A stretch of DNA of 64,000 bases from Candidatus Poribacteria bacterium (lineage in GTDB: Bacteria; Poribacteria; WGA-4E; WGA-3G). Under the pieces are notes generated by a model. It did no database searches. It was not told the DNA's origin and was given only the letters and a program-made list of their open reading frames with translations. Location: contig OZ219753.1 of assembly GCA_964291315.2 (NCBI GenBank), positions 1,472,001-1,536,000 of the forward strand, given 5' to 3'. Both the position numbers and the translations under genes were made by a program. Shown here piece after piece: positions 59,594 through 64,000 of this stretch (positions are counted from its first letter, which is position 1; every line of letters begins with the position of its first letter).

Positions 59594-61243
59594 TTAGGTT
59601 AACTTAATTCCCGCGTCCCCAATCTTTTCATGTGTTGCGTCTTCGTAGCCGCTCACGTTTTCTGAAATTGCTAGAGCAATTTCACCGGCAAAGCGATAAA
59701 TCAGGGAACCACCCAGCTGGTTGGCAAGCTGCTGTATAATTTCCCAATCTACGCGTGCTTCCCCTGGCGGATCAACCGCCTTACGAATCCGCTGGACCCA
59801 ACCCGTTGAATTTGTGAAAGTGCCATCTTTCTCAGCGAAAGTGGTCCCGGGTAACACGATGTCTGCTAATTGTGTGACCGCTGACGGTAAAATATCTTGC
59901 ACGATGAGGAAGTCAACGTTCGCTAATGCCGCTTTCTCTAGGTCTTCAAGCGGACGTTCCGGCGCACCGCTGACAAGGTAGACCACTTTTGCACCTGAAA
60001 CCTTTTCCCAAAGCGCATCGCCCTCTAAAACACCGTTGTCGTTTTCAGAACCGAGTATCGTTCGAGCACCCGCCGTGTTCGGGTTCTTATCCGATTCGAT
60101 GCTAAATTGTGGGAATGTGTGCGCTTTGCCCGGCAGCTGCCCAAAGAGTCCTAAGTGAGTCGTTTTGAGTATGTCACGCGCGAGCTGCTGTAAAACGTAA
60201 TTGTCTTCATTCGTGCCTTGTGCGGAACCGATAACCACGATGTCCTCCGCCGCTACTTCCGACAACCTTTCTGTAATGATAGTAAGCGCATCTGCCCAAT
60301 GCGTCGGGGTTAACTCGCCATCAACCCGTTTCAGGGGGAGCTGGAGACGGTCATCGCTGTTAACATAGTGATAGCCGAGGCGCCCGTCGTCACACATCCA
60401 ATACTGGTTAATATCTCCGTGGAAACGCGGCTTCAGTCGGTAAACGCCATCGGTTTTGTATTCTACAGTGATGTTGCACCCGACGCTACATCCTGAACAG
60501 ACGCTATTCACCTTTTCTAAAAACCACGGACGCGACTTGAATAAAAAGTCTTTGCTGATCAATGCACCGACAGGGCAGATGTCGACCACATTTCCCGCAA
60601 GTTTATTATCTAGAACCTGTATTGGAGTGCCGTCATGGCTCCGCGGAATATCAATTTCGTCGTGAGAACCGCGGTGAACCAACCCTAATTCGCCGCTGCC
60701 AGAGACCTCTTGACAAAACCGGATGCACCGGGTGCAGACGATACAGCGTGTGGAGTAGAGCAAAACGTCCGGGCCAAGGTCCTTCTTAGGCGGCACATTT
60801 TTCACCTCCAAGTAGCGGCTCTTATCGCGTCCATGGCGGTGGGAGAAGTCTTGCAAGTCGCACTCGCCTGCTTGATCGCAGACCGGGCAATCGAGCGGAT
60901 GATGGACCAATAGGAATTCTAGGATATCCTCGCGCGCTTTTTTGACACGTGGACTATCCGTGCGGACAATAAAGTCGTATTTTCCATCAAGCTTTCTATC
61001 TGGGGGTGCCGTCCGGACGACCGTTGTGCATCCTGTTGCAAGCTGCCGATCAGGAACGATTGCACCAGCAGGCGGAAAGAAAACATGAGGCTCAACGAGG
61101 CACATTCGGCAATTCGCGGGACGACTCAACCCTGGATGATAACAGTAGTGAGGTACCTCAATGCCGTGTTGCTTCGCCGCCTCAACTATATTCGTTCCAT
61201 CTTCCACCTCTACCTCAAGGTCGTTTAATTTAATAAATGCCAT
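59594..61243 (-). CDS. nuoG: NADH-quinone oxidoreductase subunit G (short form)
   Basis: CYHPGLSRPANCRMC, HPLDCPVCDQAGEC, CIVCTRC...CPVGAL, CSGCSVGC...WMCD. Confidence 0.9.
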   Translation of the reverse strand: MAFIKLNDLEVEVEDGTNIVEAAKQHGIEVPHYCYHPGLSRPANCRMCLVEPHVFFPPAGAIVPDRQLATGCTTVVRTAPPDRKLDGKYDFIVRTDSPRVKKAREDILEFLLVHHPLDCPVCDQAGECDLQDFSHRHGRDKSRYLEVKNVPPKKDLGPDVLLYSTRCIVCTRCIRFCQEVSGSGELGLVHRGSHDEIDIPRSHDGTPIQVLDNKLAGNVVDICPVGALISKDFLFKSRPWFLEKVNSVCSGCSVGCNITVEYKTDGVYRLKPRFHGDINQYWMCDDGRLGYHYVNSDDRLQLPLKRVDGELTPTHWADALTIITERLSEVAAEDIVVIGSAQGTNEDNYVLQQLARDILKTTHLGLFGQLPGKAHTFPQFSIESDKNPNTAGARTILGSENDNGVLEGDALWEKVSGAKVVYLVSGAPERPLEDLEKAALANVDFLIVQDILPSAVTQLADIVLPGTTFAEKDGTFTNSTGWVQRIRKAVDPPGEARVDWEIIQQLANQLGGSLIYRFAGEIALAISENVSGYEDATHEKIGDAGIKLT

Positions 61244-61264
61244 AAATTTTACTCCAATTCTGTT

Positions 61265-62740
61265 CTATAGGTCAGCGAACTCTTTCGGAACGAACCGTTG
61301 TTGATACGCGTAATTTTCTTCCGGGGGAACCGTCGCTTCGTCAACCGATAAAGTAACCAGCCTGCCTTCGCGGATAGCGGCTTCAAACTCGGGACGGAAT
61401 TTGCGCATGTAACTCACAGCGGGCCAGGAAACTGCAATGCCGAAAACACAAATCGTGTTCCAGGTCATCGTATCCACGTTCGCGATGTTATTGGCGACGC
61501 TCTCCAGCAGGTCTAAGTCCTCGTAGATTTCTTCTGTTTTGCCGGTATCGCCCCATCTTCCATTTTCAGCCACCCCGAATTTCGGGCGCGTGATAGTACT
61601 TTTCCGTCCGTCCCCGTCGGCGATCCGTTGAACAATATCGCGCACCCAGGGAGTCCCCCAGCGGCACGGTGTACACTGCCCACACGATTCATGGGCATAG
61701 AACTTCATAATGTTGAGCAAGCAGTCAACGATATTCCGGGTCTCATTCATCACGATAATCCCCCCAGAACCCAGCATAGATTTGGCAAGCGTGAGCGAGG
61801 TAAAATCGAGGCGTGTGTCCAATTCGTAGCGCGTCAAGATCGGAGCGGAGCTGCCCCCGGGAATCACGGCTTTCACCTCTTTGCCTTGTAAACCGCCTGC
61901 AACCTCAATGAGTTCAGCACAAGTCAACCCGAGTTCTAGTTCATAAACGCCGGGGTTGTTAACATCGCCGCTGATGCAGTAAAGTTTCGTTCCCGTGTTC
62001 GGATCCGGAGTCGGCGGGTCGGACCGAGTATCTGCATAGGTTGGTCCCATCTGTGTGTACCAAGCGACACCGTTGCCGACAATAAAAGGCAGATTACACA
62101 ACGTCTCGACGTTTTGAACGACTGTCGGTTTTCCGAAGACCCCTTCAACAGCTGGAAATGGCGGTTTGTTTCGCGGTTGTCCGCGTTTGCCCTCAAGTGA
62201 TTCAATTAACCCAGTCTCTTCGCCACAGATATAAGCACCTGCTCCCGGGTGCGTATAGATGTCAACGTTGAGTCCGGTGCCGCGAATATCTTTTCCGAGG
62301 TATCCTTTTTCGTAAGCTTCCTTGATAGCGGCATCCAACCTTTTCTTTCCGAGGGTAAATTCGCCGCGAATATAGACATAGGTCGTCTCAATGCCCATGG
62401 CGTAGCAACAGATCAAGATACCTTCAATTAACAGATGTGGATTTTTCTCTAAGACGTAGCGGTTGCTGAAGGTCCCTGGCTCGCTTTCATCAGCGTTGCA
62501 GCATAGGTAGCACGGTTTTATATCTCTCGGGACGAAACGCCATTTCAGACCCGTTGAAAACCCTGCCCCTCCTCTCCCTTTCAGCCCTGAATCCATCACC
62601 ATCTTAGCGATATCGTCCGGCTGATATTCTGCAATAGCCTTTTCAAAGCGTGTGTAACCGTCATATTGACGGAAAACATCGAACGTGTTAATATCGGGCA
62701 CATCCAGATGCTCATAGAGAATTCGTCTTTCTTGAACCAT
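61265..62740 (-). CDS. nuoF: NADH-quinone oxidoreductase subunit F
   Basis: GLKGRGGAGF, NADESEPG, AYICGEET, ESCGQCTPCR...TIC. Confidence 0.94.
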   Translation of the reverse strand: MVQERRILYEHLDVPDINTFDVFRQYDGYTRFEKAIAEYQPDDIAKMVMDSGLKGRGGAGFSTGLKWRFVPRDIKPCYLCCNADESEPGTFSNRYVLEKNPHLLIEGILICCYAMGIETTYVYIRGEFTLGKKRLDAAIKEAYEKGYLGKDIRGTGLNVDIYTHPGAGAYICGEETGLIESLEGKRGQPRNKPPFPAVEGVFGKPTVVQNVETLCNLPFIVGNGVAWYTQMGPTYADTRSDPPTPDPNTGTKLYCISGDVNNPGVYELELGLTCAELIEVAGGLQGKEVKAVIPGGSSAPILTRYELDTRLDFTSLTLAKSMLGSGGIIVMNETRNIVDCLLNIMKFYAHESCGQCTPCRWGTPWVRDIVQRIADGDGRKSTITRPKFGVAENGRWGDTGKTEEIYEDLDLLESVANNIANVDTMTWNTICVFGIAVSWPAVSYMRKFRPEFEAAIREGRLVTLSVDEATVPPEENYAYQQRFVPKEFADL

Positions 62741-62919
62741 ATTTTTTGTTTTTTAATCTGCTTACCGATCCACTTCGTTTTGCCGTGCACTCGCCCGTAA
62801 GCGATCTGCTTCACGGTAGTTTTTCGTTAAGTTCAACCGCTTTAGTGGTATGAACGTACTTAATTCCGATTTCCCAGCCAGGCTTCCTATAGTCTGCTTT
62901 AACCTCAGTATGGCCCGTG

Positions 62920-63444
62920 TTAGATCGCGAGTTTCGCTAAGATCTCATCAATCTTCTCCGGGGTCAAATTTTTGTACAGATCGTCGTTCACCATGATGAC
63001 GGGGGCCACATCACAAGAAGCGAGGCACTCCACTTTCATGAGAGTGAACTTACCATCGACAGTTGTGCCTTTCGCGAGATGCGTTTCGGAGGCAACCTCT
63101 GTGTCCAATTTTTCCTTGAGGTGATCCAATACGCCTTTACAATCCCGCAAAGCACAAGGCAAGGTATGACACACCCGAATTACATACTCGCCTACCGGTT
63201 CTTCAAAGAACATCGGATAGAAAGTGACAACATCCTTGACTTTCATCACGGTGACCTCAAGTTGTTCCGCGACATACGTCATGACAGCCGGGGTGATGTA
63301 GCCTGCCTGTTTTTGCGCGAGATGGAGCGTTGGCAGCATCGCTGCTTCTTTTATCGGATACCGCCCTATCAACGCCTCGAATTCACGCCGGTTTTCTTCG
63401 TTAAACGCGAAAGGCGTTTCTATTTGAATGAGTTCATCTGACAT
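62920..63444 (-). CDS. nuoE: NADH-quinone oxidoreductase subunit E
   Basis: VCHTLPC, VECLASCDVAP; start reassigned to MSDELIQ. Confidence 0.92.
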   Translation of the reverse strand: MSDELIQIETPFAFNEENRREFEALIGRYPIKEAAMLPTLHLAQKQAGYITPAVMTYVAEQLEVTVMKVKDVVTFYPMFFEEPVGEYVIRVCHTLPCALRDCKGVLDHLKEKLDTEVASETHLAKGTTVDGKFTLMKVECLASCDVAPVIMVNDDLYKNLTPEKIDEILAKLAI

Positions 63445-63463
63445 AAATATTTCCTTGGAATAA

Positions 63464-63568
63464 TTATCAGTTGTCAGTCGTCGGTTTTCTGCGTTGTAAT
63501 TACAAACGTTCCTTGCAACAAGCACTTTACTGACGCTGATGCCATCTTCTCTGACCGCTAAGAGCCGG
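63464..63568. repeat. Degenerate heptamer-based inverted-repeat intergenic element
   Basis: TTATCAGTTGTCAGTCGTCGGTT ... ACTGACGCTGATGCCATCTTCTCTGACCGCT. Confidence 0.55.
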
Positions 63569-63600
63569 CGTAACGAACGCCCTAGTTTCTGGCTACTATA

Positions 63601-63942
63601 TTAGTAGTTTCCGTAAAACTGAATGCGGTTGCCTTCTGGGTCACGGATGTCGAAAATCGCACGTCCATCGTTGTTCTCCAGTTTCCGTAAGCGTTTCCCT
63701 TTCGATCTCAGATGCTGATGGACGGCACTAACGCTCTCAACGTGAAAAACAAGTTTTTGTCTTCCCTCATTGGGCCTGCTCGCGCTGTGGAGGCATAACT
63801 TACACGCGCCCGTGTCAAATCGAAAAAAGCGGTGCTCCGGAAAAGGTTGGTCTTCATCAGGCGTTAATCCGATAACATCGCGATAAAATGTGATGGTAGC
63901 CTTCATATTTTTGACGAAAAGAATTATGCTGCCAAGGTACAT
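63601..63942 (-). CDS. VOC/glyoxalase family protein
   Basis: ILFVKNMKATITFYRDVIG, LVFHVESV, IRDPEGNRIQF. Confidence 0.88.
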   Translation of the reverse strand: MYLGSIILFVKNMKATITFYRDVIGLTPDEDQPFPEHRFFRFDTGACKLCLHSASRPNEGRQKLVFHVESVSAVHQHLRSKGKRLRKLENNDGRAIFDIRDPEGNRIQFYGNY

Positions 63943-64000
63943 ATTTAAAGTGGGGTCTAATATAAAATTTACGCAATTTCCTAAGCACTACGGACAATTT

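Noticed and set aside
62741-62919. Gap between nuoE and nuoF as a hidden nuoI or small gene
   Set aside because: Too short, no CxxCxxC motifs, and no convincing ORF with an RBS.
63445-63525. N-terminal extensions of nuoE and ilvE sharing 'TTDNY' as a targeting peptide
   Set aside because: They are translations of the intergenic heptamer repeat; better starts with an RBS lie downstream.

Overview
A 64-kb gene-dense chromosomal segment from a diderm bacterium. The lineage looks like Ca. Poribacteria; this is inferred from a C-terminal 'VEPxDKLATTWAxIK' motif, PhyH and Uma2 genes and the intergenic repeat style, and is not proven. From left to right it holds: a Type III R-M pair (res, then a partial mod); small metabolic genes; a long minus-strand envelope/chaperone run (lnt, prfB with a +1 frameshift, lysS, lolC/E, lolD, ilvE, bamA, skp, lpxD, then grpE, dnaJ, prmA); an orphan MTase-Mrr fusion; accessory genes; a SNF2-DUF3883 / small ORF / DUF1156 / DUF499 'restriction-like' defence operon whose start overlaps the copA stop; and a nuoEFGH-JKLM-X-N complex I cluster. 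The main candidate system is an adjacent pair of archaeal-type ether-lipid enzymes (DGGGP synthase and group II GGGP synthase). They sit between lpxD/bamA and grpE-dnaJ, with a decayed second DGGGPS-like copy next to them, suggesting a bacterium able to make archaeal-type lipids. Other notable points: an IT-superfamily transporter inserted with no gap between nuoM and nuoN, no nuoI, the defence operon variant, and a family of degenerate heptamer-based intergenic inverted repeats. No rRNA, tRNA, CRISPR array, transposase or integrase was recognised. All family calls come from reading motifs by eye; no database search was run.
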